Source of the DNA: a virus
Lineage: Duplodnaviria > Heunggongvirae > Uroviricota > Caudoviricetes
Length of the DNA: 39,405 nt
IMG/VR virus record: IMGVR_UViG_2713896795_000007
Coordinates: 1-39,405 of that record
Reading direction: 5' to 3' (one strand)
The notes beneath the pieces were generated by a model. The model did not search any database. It had not been told where the DNA came from and worked only from the letters and a program-made list of their open reading frames with translations. A program made the position numbers and the translations under genes. Shown in pieces: positions 25,895-35,863 of the stretch. The stretch's first letter is position 1, and each line of letters begins with the position of its first letter.

Positions 25895-27859
25895 GTGGCG
25901 ATGGCGGGTAATGCTTTTGTTTTTGAGCTGAATGCAAAGGGTAACGCGGATGCGCTTTTACTGAGAGCCTCAGAGGCTGCCGGTTCGCTGGCAGGTCGCG
26001 CAGGGCAGGCGGCGGCCTGCGTGTCAGAACTGTGTGACGGGCTTGATGCGGTAAATGAAATGCCCCTGAAGGGGGCATCCGGTGCGGCGGATGCGCTGGG
26101 CGGGAAGATAACGCAGATCCACGATTCGGTTACGCTACTGATGAACGCGCTGCTGGCCACAGACAGGGCGGGTAACAGGGCGCTGGGAAGGGAGAGTCAG
26201 GAGAATGCGGACAGGATGTCCGGATATTTTGAACGGCTGTCCCGGCTGGGGAAGGACACGTCACAGCATTTCGGGGATATTGTGCCGCCGCTGCGCAATG
26301 TCGGGGCACTGTCATCAGAGCTGTTCAGTGCGCTGGGGCGCGGAGGTCTTGCGGGGCTTGCGGTCGCTGGCGGTGGCATGGCGGTGAAGGCGGTCGTCAG
26401 TAATCTTTATGATGCCTCGAAAGCGGCATACAGCCTGGATGTGAACGCAAGGAACGCCGGAATGCGCGTGAGTGCGTTCAGCCGCTTTGCCGGGGTGTTC
26501 CGTCTGATGGGCCTGTCGGCAGATCAGGCACAGGCGGAGACCGGTGCACTGTTCACGACACTGAACGATGCGCTGAACACCCGTTCACCGGAGGTCACGG
26601 GCATTCTTAACCAGTTTGGTGTGAAGCTGGCGGAGAACAGCGACCACACGGTGAACCTGGAAAAGAGCACGCAGAACCTGATTGATGCCTTCGGGAGACT
26701 GAACAGTTCGTCGCAGAAGGTGGTGGCAGACGCGCTGGGGCTGTCGGATGCACAACTGGCGCTGCTGCGGGGAACGAAAAACCTGAATGCGGCGCTGGCG
26801 GAGTCCGATCGTCTGGGGCTGTCGATGCCGGACAGTCTGAATGCGAAGCTGGTTCAGGCCAACAGCAACCTGAACCGTCTGTCAGCCGCGTGGGATGGTT
26901 TCACCGGCAGGATGAAGGCGAAGGTACTGGGCAGTGATGCTGTCACCGCCTCCGTGGACTGGGCGACCGATGTCCTGACCGGTCAGCGCAGCAGTCAGCA
27001 GAAAACGGGTGACCGTCTGTCAGAGCTGCGCGGTTATCTGTATGCCCATCCGGAGCAACTGAAATCACTGACGTCCCGGCAAAGATACAATCTCGATAAC
27101 AATATCGCGACATCAGATCTCCTGGAGATGCACACGCGTCTGTCCGGTCAGCGGTCCGACAGACTGAATGCGCTTACCACGATGCTGAATGACGATCTGT
27201 CGAAAGTTATGGTGTCTCCGGCCCTGTCACAGATCACGTCACCACAAAAAAACGGTGCCGGTGGTCGTGATATCACCCCTGAACTGCGGGCGCATTTTGC
27301 GGCACTGGAGAAGCAGTACAACCTGCCGGAAAACACGCTGTACGGTCTGGCCATGACGGAGTCGTCCGGGCGGGCGGATGCTGTCGGGCCGCTCACCCGT
27401 TACGGCACGGCAAAGGGGATGTTTCAGTTCATTGACCCGACGGCCCGGGAGTATGGCCTTTCCGGTATGGATGTATTCAACCCTTACCGGGCCTCGGAGG
27501 CAGCGGCCAGAAAACTGGCGGGGCTGATGGCGCAGTATGGTGGTGACATGCAGCGCGTCTTTCAGGCGTACAACTGGGGCGAAGGCAATATAAGCGCCTG
27601 GCTTCGCGGACAGAAGGGGATGCCACAGGAGACACAGACCTACGCGCCGAAGGTGTTCAGGCACATGTCGCAGGTATCCGGCGGCAGCATCATCATGCCG
27701 CAGTCCGGCAGTTCAGGGACTGACGTGCGGGATGAAATCAGTCGCGGTTTCAGCGAAAACAAAATCCGGCTGGACATTAACGTCACCAACACCGCCACGG
27801 GGCAGACAACCCGCCGGACGGTGAAGGGGGGCGCGGTGGTCACGGCGATGGATGTGTGA
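25895..27859 (+). CDS. tail tape measure protein with C-terminal lytic transglycosylase-like domain
   Basis: 654 aa, Ala/Gly/Leu-rich helical N-terminal part; C-terminal LAMTESSGR...GMFQF...QAYNWGEGN resembles the SLT catalytic motif. Confidence 0.85.
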   Translation: MAMAGNAFVFELNAKGNADALLLRASEAAGSLAGRAGQAAACVSELCDGLDAVNEMPLKGASGAADALGGKITQIHDSVTLLMNALLATDRAGNRALGRESQENADRMSGYFERLSRLGKDTSQHFGDIVPPLRNVGALSSELFSALGRGGLAGLAVAGGGMAVKAVVSNLYDASKAAYSLDVNARNAGMRVSAFSRFAGVFRLMGLSADQAQAETGALFTTLNDALNTRSPEVTGILNQFGVKLAENSDHTVNLEKSTQNLIDAFGRLNSSSQKVVADALGLSDAQLALLRGTKNLNAALAESDRLGLSMPDSLNAKLVQANSNLNRLSAAWDGFTGRMKAKVLGSDAVTASVDWATDVLTGQRSSQQKTGDRLSELRGYLYAHPEQLKSLTSRQRYNLDNNIATSDLLEMHTRLSGQRSDRLNALTTMLNDDLSKVMVSPALSQITSPQKNGAGGRDITPELRAHFAALEKQYNLPENTLYGLAMTESSGRADAVGPLTRYGTAKGMFQFIDPTAREYGLSGMDVFNPYRASEAAARKLAGLMAQYGGDMQRVFQAYNWGEGNISAWLRGQKGMPQETQTYAPKVFRHMSQVSGGSIIMPQSGSSGTDVRDEISRGFSENKIRLDINVTNTATGQTTRRTVKGGAVVTAMDV

Positions 27860-27869
27860 GGAGCAGAAG

Positions 27870-29276
27870 ATGGGCATTATCACAGACGCGGTGTCATCCG
27901 CCCTGGGGCTGTCTTCCTCCGGCGGGTGGGAGTGGCAGTCGCATATTCACCAGGCGTCATTTTGTGGCGTGCCGTTTGGCGTGATTCACGGCGAGGGGGT
28001 ATATGGTCGCCGGGTTGCGGTGCATGAATACCCGTACCGCGATACGGTCTGGGTGGAAGACCTGGGGCGCAGCGCCCGGAAGTTCACACTGCGCGGGTTC
28101 CTGATACAGGACAGTCTGGTGTACAGCGCGGGGGATGTGTTCAGTCAGCGGGATACCCTGGTGGCGGCCTGTGAAACATCCGGCGGAGGTCTGCTGGTCC
28201 ATCCGACGCTGGGTGAGATGACGGTGTATGTCCCGGACGGCGGGCTGCGTATTGAGGAGGGCGTGGAGTCCGGGCGTGTGTTTTCGTTCACGCTGACCGT
28301 CATTGAGTCAGGGGAAAAAGCGTTTTCACTGGTGACGGGGACAACCTCCACGTCATCGGAGACGTGGTATCAGACGCTGACCACAACGGCCACCGTGACG
28401 CTGGCGGCGATTACCGGTGAGATGAACAGTGTCACCGGGGCGGTAAAAACGATAAAGAGCACGGTGAGCGCGTGGAAGACGATATTTTCGCGGGCGGTGA
28501 CGTCGGTGACCAGCATGACCAGCACGGTGTCATCCCTGTATTCGCCTGACAGTTACGGGCGTTACTGTCGGGGCAGTGACACGCCGTCGGGCAGCACGGC
28601 CTCGTCGCTTGCAACGTGGCTTGCCACCACGGATGCGGATGATGACAGTATCCTGGAAACCATTCAGGCCTGCTCCGTGCAGGACCGGTCGGCGGCGGAG
28701 TCGGCGACAGCGGTGCTGGAGGATATCACATCCGTGTCCGGTGCCGTGTCCGCGATACAGGCGGTCATTATCACTCTGGCGGAGGCCACGGGCAGCGACA
28801 CGGAGAAAATCCGCGTCATGGCTGAGATTGCGTCGGCGGAAGACGGGACGTATTACGAAGGGGAGGCGGCAAATGCCATCTCTGCGGCGGTGCAGGCCCT
28901 TATCCGCACACTGGGGGCCGGAGCGATGCTGTGGCGGCTGATGCAGTATTCCCCCCGTGGTCACGACGACGCGGTGTTGGTGATGCGGAAGGCCCGCACG
29001 GTGACGGAAACCGTCCTGCTGTTACTGGCTGACCGTACGGATGACGACAGTTATGACGCGCTGAATGCGCAGTACACGCAGTTTGTCACCCACTGGCAGA
29101 CGAATTATCTGTCACAACAGGACGTGATGAAGGTGACCAGCCGCTCACCGCAGCCGTCGCTGGCGCTGGCAAACCGGCTGTATCAGGACGCCTCGCGTGC
29201 GGACGAACTGGTACAGGCGGTCTCTCCCGTCCATCCGGCGTTCATGCCGCTTTCCTTCACAGCGAGAAACACATGA
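27870..29276 (+). CDS. Mu gpN-like DNA circulation protein
   Basis: GAGGAG RBS before ATG 27870; size and position after the tape measure match Mu N. Confidence 0.7.
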   Translation: MGIITDAVSSALGLSSSGGWEWQSHIHQASFCGVPFGVIHGEGVYGRRVAVHEYPYRDTVWVEDLGRSARKFTLRGFLIQDSLVYSAGDVFSQRDTLVAACETSGGGLLVHPTLGEMTVYVPDGGLRIEEGVESGRVFSFTLTVIESGEKAFSLVTGTTSTSSETWYQTLTTTATVTLAAITGEMNSVTGAVKTIKSTVSAWKTIFSRAVTSVTSMTSTVSSLYSPDSYGRYCRGSDTPSGSTASSLATWLATTDADDDSILETIQACSVQDRSAAESATAVLEDITSVSGAVSAIQAVIITLAEATGSDTEKIRVMAEIASAEDGTYYEGEAANAISAAVQALIRTLGAGAMLWRLMQYSPRGHDDAVLVMRKARTVTETVLLLLADRTDDDSYDALNAQYTQFVTHWQTNYLSQQDVMKVTSRSPQPSLALANRLYQDASRADELVQAVSPVHPAFMPLSFTARNT

Positions 29277-30361
29277 GTACAACCACAGATGACACCCTGA
29301 CGCTGAAGGTGAACAACACCGTCATGTCGGGATGGAGCCATATCCGGGTGACGCGGGGTATTGAGCGCCTGCCGTCGGATTTTGAGCTTTCGCTGACGGA
29401 CTGGTATCCGCAGGAGGGCTTTCAGCTGGCCCCGCCGGGGAGCAACTGCACGATATCCATTGGTGATGACCGGGTGATGACCGGCTATGTCGACCAGTGG
29501 GTGAACACCCTGACGCCGCAGTCGCATGATATCCGGGTGACGGGCAGGGGAATGTGCCAGGACCTTGTGGACTGCGCCGCCTGGTGGGAGAACAACATGA
29601 TAAAGGGCGGCGATGCGCTGGCCATCATCAGAAAACTGGCGTCGGTGTACGGCATCACGGTGACGACAGACATCGACAGTTTCACCACGGTGCCGGATTT
29701 TGTCATCAACTGGGGGGAGTCGTCGCAGCAAATCATTGACCGCATCTGCCGGTATGAGGGGCTGCTGTATTACGACCTGCCGGATGGCAGCCTGTTCCTG
29801 ACGCGGGCAGGAACGGCGTCGGCAGCCAGCGGGGTGACGCAGGGGGTGAACCTGCAGAAGGCGGAGTACACACGAAGCATGAATGAACGGTTTTCGGAAT
29901 ACACCGGGCTGTCGGTGTCGGTGAACAGCCTCAGCGAGCTGTCACCGGCATCCGGTTATGACAGCGTGCTGCTGGCGACGGCCCGTGACCCGGAAGCCGC
30001 CGGTATGCGCACCCGTCGTCACGTGACGATAGTGGAGAGCACGCTGATGACGACGGGGTGTGCACAGCAGGCGGTGAACTGGGAAATGAACCGGCGCTAC
30101 GGGCGTTCCATGGCAGTGAACGTCACGGTGGACAGCTGGCGTGACAGTGCGGGAACGCTGTGGCAGCCCAACACCTTTGTGCCGGTGAGCATACCGGCAC
30201 TGGGGGCGGACAGTCTGAACTGGCTGGTCTCTGAGGTGACGTTCAGCCGTGACGATGAGACGGGGACCACGGCATCGCTGGTCCTGATGCCGCCGGAGGC
30301 GTTCAGCGTGCAGCCGTACCGTTTTTATTCCGGCGTGGCCGGAAGGGATGTGTCGTCATGA
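29273..30361 (+). CDS. baseplate hub protein (Mu gpP-like)
   Basis: 362 aa, between the N-like and spike genes. Confidence 0.7.
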   Translation: MSTTTDDTLTLKVNNTVMSGWSHIRVTRGIERLPSDFELSLTDWYPQEGFQLAPPGSNCTISIGDDRVMTGYVDQWVNTLTPQSHDIRVTGRGMCQDLVDCAAWWENNMIKGGDALAIIRKLASVYGITVTTDIDSFTTVPDFVINWGESSQQIIDRICRYEGLLYYDLPDGSLFLTRAGTASAASGVTQGVNLQKAEYTRSMNERFSEYTGLSVSVNSLSELSPASGYDSVLLATARDPEAAGMRTRRHVTIVESTLMTTGCAQQAVNWEMNRRYGRSMAVNVTVDSWRDSAGTLWQPNTFVPVSIPALGADSLNWLVSEVTFSRDDETGTTASLVLMPPEAFSVQPYRFYSGVAGRDVSS

Positions 30362-30939
30362 ATCCTGTACAGGTGCTTTTTCGCCGTCTGGTGTCACTGC
30401 TGAGCGTGGGGCGCGTGACGGCGGGTGATGACAGCGGTGTGGTGCAGACCGTGCAGGTGCAGAGTCCGTCAGAGGTACGCAGCGACACGCCGGTTCTTCA
30501 GCAGTTTGGTTTTTCCTCGGTGCTGCCCGACGGAACGGATGTGGTGGTGATGAGTCTTGCCGGTAACCGCAGCAGCGCGGTGGTGGTGGCGTCCGGCCAT
30601 CAGTCATACCGGATTAACGGTCTGAGCAGCGGTGAGGTGGTGGTCTACAACCAGTGGGGGCAGTTCGTCCGTCTGGGTGAGGACGGGATTGTGGTGGAGG
30701 CCTCCGGGCAGCCGGTGACGGTGAACAGTGCCACCACGCTGAAGGTGACGGCGACGGACGGGGTCACCCTTGAAACGCCGTCGCTGAAGGTGACGGGGGA
30801 TATCACGGACAACTGTGAAACCAACAGCACCACGCTGAAGGCGCTGCGGGAGGCATACAACATCCACACCCACCCGGTCAGCGGTGTGGAGAGCGGCGGC
30901 AGCACGGTGACAAGTCAGGCAACCACGGGGACGGTGTGA
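30358..30939 (+). CDS. baseplate spike protein (gpV / Mu gp45-like)
   Basis: 193 aa; central Val/Thr-rich beta segment and C-terminal HTHP His motif typical of spike apex domains. Confidence 0.7.
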   Translation: MNPVQVLFRRLVSLLSVGRVTAGDDSGVVQTVQVQSPSEVRSDTPVLQQFGFSSVLPDGTDVVVMSLAGNRSSAVVVASGHQSYRINGLSSGEVVVYNQWGQFVRLGEDGIVVEASGQPVTVNSATTLKVTATDGVTLETPSLKVTGDITDNCETNSTTLKALREAYNIHTHPVSGVESGGSTVTSQATTGTV

Positions 30940-30940
30940 G

Positions 30941-31378
30941 ATGAGCGATATCACGCTTTTGTACGATGAAGAGGCGCTGCGGTGCGACTGGTCCGTGGGC
31001 ACAGGTGACATTGTCTGCGGAAATGATTTGCAGACGGCCATTCTCATCAGCCTGTTCACGGACAGGCTGGCGGATGCATCAGATGAGACGGATGACGGAA
31101 ACCGGCGCGGATGGTGGGGTGACCTTGAGCAGGACTACCGGGTCGGCTCCCGGCTGTGGCTGCTGCGCAGGCAGAAACTGACCACACAGGTGGCGCTTAA
31201 GGCGGAGGCATACGCCCGGGAGGCGCTGCAGTGGCTGAAGGATGACGGCGTGGTGGCCTCGCTGGATGTGGAGGCGTGGATAGTGCCGCCGGACCGGCTG
31301 TACATGACCATTGCATACCAGCGTCCGGATGCGGACACGACGGAATACCAGAAATTTTACCGGGTGTGGGAGGTATGA
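30941..31378 (+). CDS. baseplate wedge protein (Mu gp46-like)
   Basis: 145 aa between spike and baseplate J-like genes. Confidence 0.65.
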   Translation: MSDITLLYDEEALRCDWSVGTGDIVCGNDLQTAILISLFTDRLADASDETDDGNRRGWWGDLEQDYRVGSRLWLLRRQKLTTQVALKAEAYAREALQWLKDDGVVASLDVEAWIVPPDRLYMTIAYQRPDADTTEYQKFYRVWEV

Positions 31379-31379
31379 G

Positions 31380-32534
31380 ATGCCGTTTGAGCGTCCCGGA
31401 TTAAGCGAACTGCGTGAGAAAAGCCGGTCGTATGTGACCGGCCAGCTGGATGAGGCCGGTGCCCTGCTGCGGTTTTCCACGCTGGGGATTCTGGCGGATG
31501 CCGTGGCGGGCATGACGCATCTGCATTACGGCTATCTTGACTGGATAGCGCAGCAGTGCACACCGGCCACGGCCACCGGGGAATATCTGGCGGCTTGGGG
31601 GGCACTGAAGGGCATCATCCGCAGGGCAGCAGTGGCGGCCACCTGTGAGGCGGTGCGCTTTACGGGCACACCGGGCAGCACGGTGAGCGCGGAGGCGGTG
31701 CTGAACCGTGCGGACGGGTATCAGTACACGCTGGATGAGGATGTGAGCATTGACAGTGACGGCAGCGGCACGGGGAGCATCACGGCGGTGCTGCCGGACC
31801 CGACGGATGACCGCACCGGCGGTGGTGATGACGGTAACGCGAATGCCGGAACGACCCTGACACCGGATGTCACCTGGTCAGGCATCGACTCAACGGTGAC
31901 GATGGTGAGTGCCGCCACCGGCGGCAGTGACACTGAGGATGAGGAAGCGTACCGCCAGCGCGTGCTGTATGCGTACCAGAACCCGCCTCAGGGCGGGGCG
32001 GCGGCGGACTATGTGCAGTGGGCGCTGGAAGTTCCCGGTGTGACCCGTGCATGGTGTGTGAACCGTGCACTGGGGTTCGGGACGGTGGGTGTTTACATCA
32101 TGACGGACGGAGATGATGAAGACAACGCCGGGGGCTTTCCTGACGGCACGGACGGGGTGGCAACGGATGAGGACTGGACGGACCGGAAAGCCACGGGGGT
32201 GCAGCTGACGGTGGCGGACCATATCCGGCAGTACCAGCCGGTCACGGCGGTGGTGTACGTGATGTCGCCGGTGGCCAGAAGCATTGATTTTGAGATACAG
32301 GGGCTGAGCAGTGCCACGGCGGCACTGAAGGCACGGGTGGAGAGTGCCATCAGCGAGGTGCTGTACAACGTGGGTGAACCGGACGGCAGCGGGGTGATTC
32401 ACCTTTCAGACCTCTGGTACGCCATTGCGGACACAGAGGGGACAGACGGGTTCATTCTGGTGTCTCCTGACAGCAACATCACGCTGTCGCAGGGAGAGCT
32501 GCCGGTGACCGGAACGATAACCTGGGCAACATGA
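31380..32534 (+). CDS. baseplate J-like protein (Mu gp47-like)
   Basis: ATG overlapping the previous TGA; about 385 aa in the conserved baseplate position. Confidence 0.75.
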   Translation: MPFERPGLSELREKSRSYVTGQLDEAGALLRFSTLGILADAVAGMTHLHYGYLDWIAQQCTPATATGEYLAAWGALKGIIRRAAVAATCEAVRFTGTPGSTVSAEAVLNRADGYQYTLDEDVSIDSDGSGTGSITAVLPDPTDDRTGGGDDGNANAGTTLTPDVTWSGIDSTVTMVSAATGGSDTEDEEAYRQRVLYAYQNPPQGGAAADYVQWALEVPGVTRAWCVNRALGFGTVGVYIMTDGDDEDNAGGFPDGTDGVATDEDWTDRKATGVQLTVADHIRQYQPVTAVVYVMSPVARSIDFEIQGLSSATAALKARVESAISEVLYNVGEPDGSGVIHLSDLWYAIADTEGTDGFILVSPDSNITLSQGELPVTGTITWAT

Positions 32535-35500
32535 GGAACAGGATGAGTCGTTTTTCACATGATGACTACACGCGCGCGATGCTGAACCTTCTGCCGTCAG
32601 GGATTGCCTGGAGCCGTCTGCCTGACAGCGTGCAGCACCGGCTGATACGCGGACTGGCACAGGCGTACCGGCAGAGTGACGCTGATGCGTGCGCACTGAT
32701 AACGGGCGCCTTCCCGGAAACGGCGGATGCGCTCACTGATGAGTGGTATGCCTCGCTGGGGCTGAATGATGAATGCGGGACGCAGGCATCCACCACAGAC
32801 CCGGCGCAGGCCAGAAAATTCATTCTGGCGAAACTGCTGTCGACGGGCGGGCAGAGTGTGGCGTATTTCACGGAGCTTGCGGCGACGATGGGGTACAGCA
32901 TCACTATCCGTGAGTACCGCACACCGCTGTGCGGATTTTCGTGGAGCGGGCATCTGCTGAGTGACGACAACCGGTTTAACTGGACCGTGGTGGTGGCACC
33001 GCCGGGGGATGAGGTGACCACCTCACGGGCGTACCTGGAGTGCCTGTTTCGTCGTTATGCCCCGGCGCATACGCTGGTGACGTTTGAGTGGCAGTCATCG
33101 TACAGCGCCGCTCTGAGCATTGCATGGGACAACATCACACACGTTCTTTCCGGTGCGCTCACGGCAGACGAGGGGGTGGTGGTGTCGGGGGTGACGGTGA
33201 ATGTTGTCATCAAATCCGCGTCGGGACAGCGGTATGTGGCGACAGTGACAACGGACAGTGAAGGGCACTGGTCGTATGAAATGGAGGATGATGATTTTGC
33301 GAACGGCTGGTATTCGGCGTATGCAGAGGCTGCCGTTGACATGCCGGATGACGTGACAGTACCGGTACGCAGTGAGGTGATAAATCTGCGGAAAACCGTG
33401 AGTGTGCGCGGTGTGAGCCTGTCGGTCACTGAGCTGGAGCTTGACAATGATGAGTGTGCTGCGGTTGCGGTGAGTGTCTGGCCGGAGAATGCTGAAGACC
33501 GGAGCTGGACTGTGACGGTCAGCGATGAAAGCGTGGTGTCGGTGGTGGTCAACAGCGACAGTTCACTGACCGTGTGCGGGGTGAGCGAAGGTGATGCGGT
33601 GGTGACGGTGACGACAAATGACGGCGGACACACGGCAACATTACAGGTCAGCTGTTACGTGCCGGCGGTTTTTGATTCGGTCTGTGCTTCATCGTCAAAA
33701 GCGCTGGTCAGTGTTGCTGATGTGGTGAACTGTCGTGTCAGCTTCGGCGACGGATATGTTGCTGCGGACCAGCTTGAAACGACAACCAGCGGGGGCTGGG
33801 CGAATATCCTGTTACCCGACTCACTGGCAGACGGGGAGCTCCGGACAATCAGGGTGAGAACGGCGGGGAGTGTCAGGTTCAGGGTGTACGGGTACAGCAG
33901 CACGGCTTACAACGACCTGGTCAGACTACGTCAACTTCCGGCGGGACAAAAATCCTGTAGCTACCTTGCGGGTAATACTCCCAGTCTGGTGAGTATTGAC
34001 AGCGGCGCATTCCGTTTTTGCAAAAACGCTACGGCATTCGACAGTGCATTTTACCGGTGTAAAGGACTGACTGCGATACCTCCGGGGCTGTTTGCTGAGT
34101 GCGCCAGCGCCACGACGTTCTATCAGGCATTTTACGAATGTACGGGACTCACTGCAGTCGGTGACAGCGCGTTTGCCGGCTGCACAGGCGTAACGACTTT
34201 TCGTCAGGCGTTTTACGGCTGTACCGGGCTGAGAGCGGTGGGTGAGAGCGTGTTTGCCGGGTGCACCGGTGCCACGACGTTTGAGGATACCTTTTATGGT
34301 TGTACCGGACTGAGCGCCGTGGGGGACCATGTGTTTGCCGGGTGCACCAGTGCGACAACATTTTACAGGGTCTTTTATAACTGCAGGGAACTGAGCACGG
34401 TGGGTAACAGCGTGTTTGCCGGATGTGCCAGTGCCACAACGTTTTTGCAGGCCTTTTATGGCTGCCAGGCGCTGACATCATTAGGTCAGGGGATATTTGC
34501 AGACTGCACCGGGGTGACGACATTCCTCCAGGCTTTTTATAACTGCAGGGGACTGACGGCATTGCCGGAAGGGATGTTTGACAGCTGCACTGCCGTGACC
34601 ACGTTCAGTAATGCCTTTTATGGCTGCACGGCTCTGACAGCAATACCGGAAGGGTTGTTTGACAGTTGTACCGGGGTGACGACATTCAACCGGACGTTTT
34701 ATGGCTGCGGGGCCCTGACAGCGATACCGGCAGGGCTGTTTGACAACTGCGTCTCTGTGACGACGTTCAGTTATGCCTTTGGCGACTGTGTGAGACTGAA
34801 GGCGCTGCCTGCCGGGCTGTTTGAAAACTGTAGTCGTGTGACGACCTTCTTCCGGACGTTTTATGGCTGCACGGAACTGGTAACGGTGGGGGAAAGGGCG
34901 TTTGCAGGCTGCAGCAGTGCATCGACGTTCGAAGGCACATTTTACGACTGCACGAAGCTGACAACGCTGGGAGACAGTGTATTTGACGGATGTACAGGTG
35001 TGACGTCGTTCTATCAGACTTTCAGTGGCTGCACGAAGCTGACAGCAATACCTGCAGGGCTGTTTGACAGCAGCCACGGCGTGACAACCTTCTACCGGAC
35101 ATTTTACCGGTGTGCCGCCCTGACGACGGTGCCTGAGGCGGTATTTGACCGTTGTGTCAGCGCAGGGTCTTTCCAGGATACGTTTTTCGGTTGTACGGGG
35201 CTGACGATGTTACCTGCAGGATTGTTTGATAACTGTACCCGTGTGACGTCGTTTTACCGGACGTTCCGGGGCTGTACAGGTCTGAAGACACTGCCGGAAG
35301 GGTTGTTTGACAACAACACTGCTGTGACCACGTTCAGTCAGACTTTTTACGGCTGTACGGGGCTGGCGGTGCTGCCTGCCGGGCTGTTTGAAAACTGTAC
35401 CGGAGTGACATCGTTCTATCAGACCTTTGATGGTTGCACGGGGCTGATGACGATACCGGACGGACTGTTTGCAGGACTCGCCAGCGTAACAACATTCAGA

Positions 35501-35821
35501 GAGACCTTTAACGGTTGTACGGGGCTGACCACTGTGGGCGACGGCTTGTTTGCGGGGTGCGTCAGTGCGACGACGTTTGAGGGCACCTTTTACGGTTGCA
35601 CAGGGCTGGAGAGTGATGTGAATGACATCCTCCCGGCGGAAGAGTACCCGCAAATAACCAGTGTGTACCGTTGTTTTTACAACTGCCGGTCATTGCAGGG
35701 AAGCGGATGTGCGCTCATTGAGAAGTTGCCTGGCGTGACGAGTTACGCGGATGCGTTTTATAACTGCGTATCCCTGAGCGATTTCAGCACCCTGTCTGAG
35801 CGTTATCCAGTCTGGGTTTAA
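32531..35821 (+). CDS. giant baseplate gp48-like protein fused to an Ig-like domain and about 25 Cys-containing leucine-rich-type repeats
   Basis: 1096 aa. The N-terminal ~200 aa sits in the Mu gp48 position; residues ~290-380 form an Ig-like beta-rich segment; from ~470 on, 26-27-aa units of the form F.GCTGLT.IP.GLFD.CT.VTTF..TFYGC repeat about 25 times. Confidence 0.8.
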   Translation: MRNRMSRFSHDDYTRAMLNLLPSGIAWSRLPDSVQHRLIRGLAQAYRQSDADACALITGAFPETADALTDEWYASLGLNDECGTQASTTDPAQARKFILAKLLSTGGQSVAYFTELAATMGYSITIREYRTPLCGFSWSGHLLSDDNRFNWTVVVAPPGDEVTTSRAYLECLFRRYAPAHTLVTFEWQSSYSAALSIAWDNITHVLSGALTADEGVVVSGVTVNVVIKSASGQRYVATVTTDSEGHWSYEMEDDDFANGWYSAYAEAAVDMPDDVTVPVRSEVINLRKTVSVRGVSLSVTELELDNDECAAVAVSVWPENAEDRSWTVTVSDESVVSVVVNSDSSLTVCGVSEGDAVVTVTTNDGGHTATLQVSCYVPAVFDSVCASSSKALVSVADVVNCRVSFGDGYVAADQLETTTSGGWANILLPDSLADGELRTIRVRTAGSVRFRVYGYSSTAYNDLVRLRQLPAGQKSCSYLAGNTPSLVSIDSGAFRFCKNATAFDSAFYRCKGLTAIPPGLFAECASATTFYQAFYECTGLTAVGDSAFAGCTGVTTFRQAFYGCTGLRAVGESVFAGCTGATTFEDTFYGCTGLSAVGDHVFAGCTSATTFYRVFYNCRELSTVGNSVFAGCASATTFLQAFYGCQALTSLGQGIFADCTGVTTFLQAFYNCRGLTALPEGMFDSCTAVTTFSNAFYGCTALTAIPEGLFDSCTGVTTFNRTFYGCGALTAIPAGLFDNCVSVTTFSYAFGDCVRLKALPAGLFENCSRVTTFFRTFYGCTELVTVGERAFAGCSSASTFEGTFYDCTKLTTLGDSVFDGCTGVTSFYQTFSGCTKLTAIPAGLFDSSHGVTTFYRTFYRCAALTTVPEAVFDRCVSAGSFQDTFFGCTGLTMLPAGLFDNCTRVTSFYRTFRGCTGLKTLPEGLFDNNTAVTTFSQTFYGCTGLAVLPAGLFENCTGVTSFYQTFDGCTGLMTIPDGLFAGLASVTTFRETFNGCTGLTTVGDGLFAGCVSATTFEGTFYGCTGLESDVNDILPAEEYPQITSVYRCFYNCRSLQGSGCALIEKLPGVTSYADAFYNCVSLSDFSTLSERYPVWV

Positions 35822-35863
35822 TAACAGGAGGATCCCGCCGCTCCGGTGGCGGGGTAAGGATGT

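Noticed and set aside
33950-35800. Periodic DNA repeats that could superficially resemble a CRISPR array or minisatellite
   Set aside because: The repeats are in-frame coding repeats of one long ORF, the units are not identical and there are no unique spacers or leader; this is a protein repeat domain.
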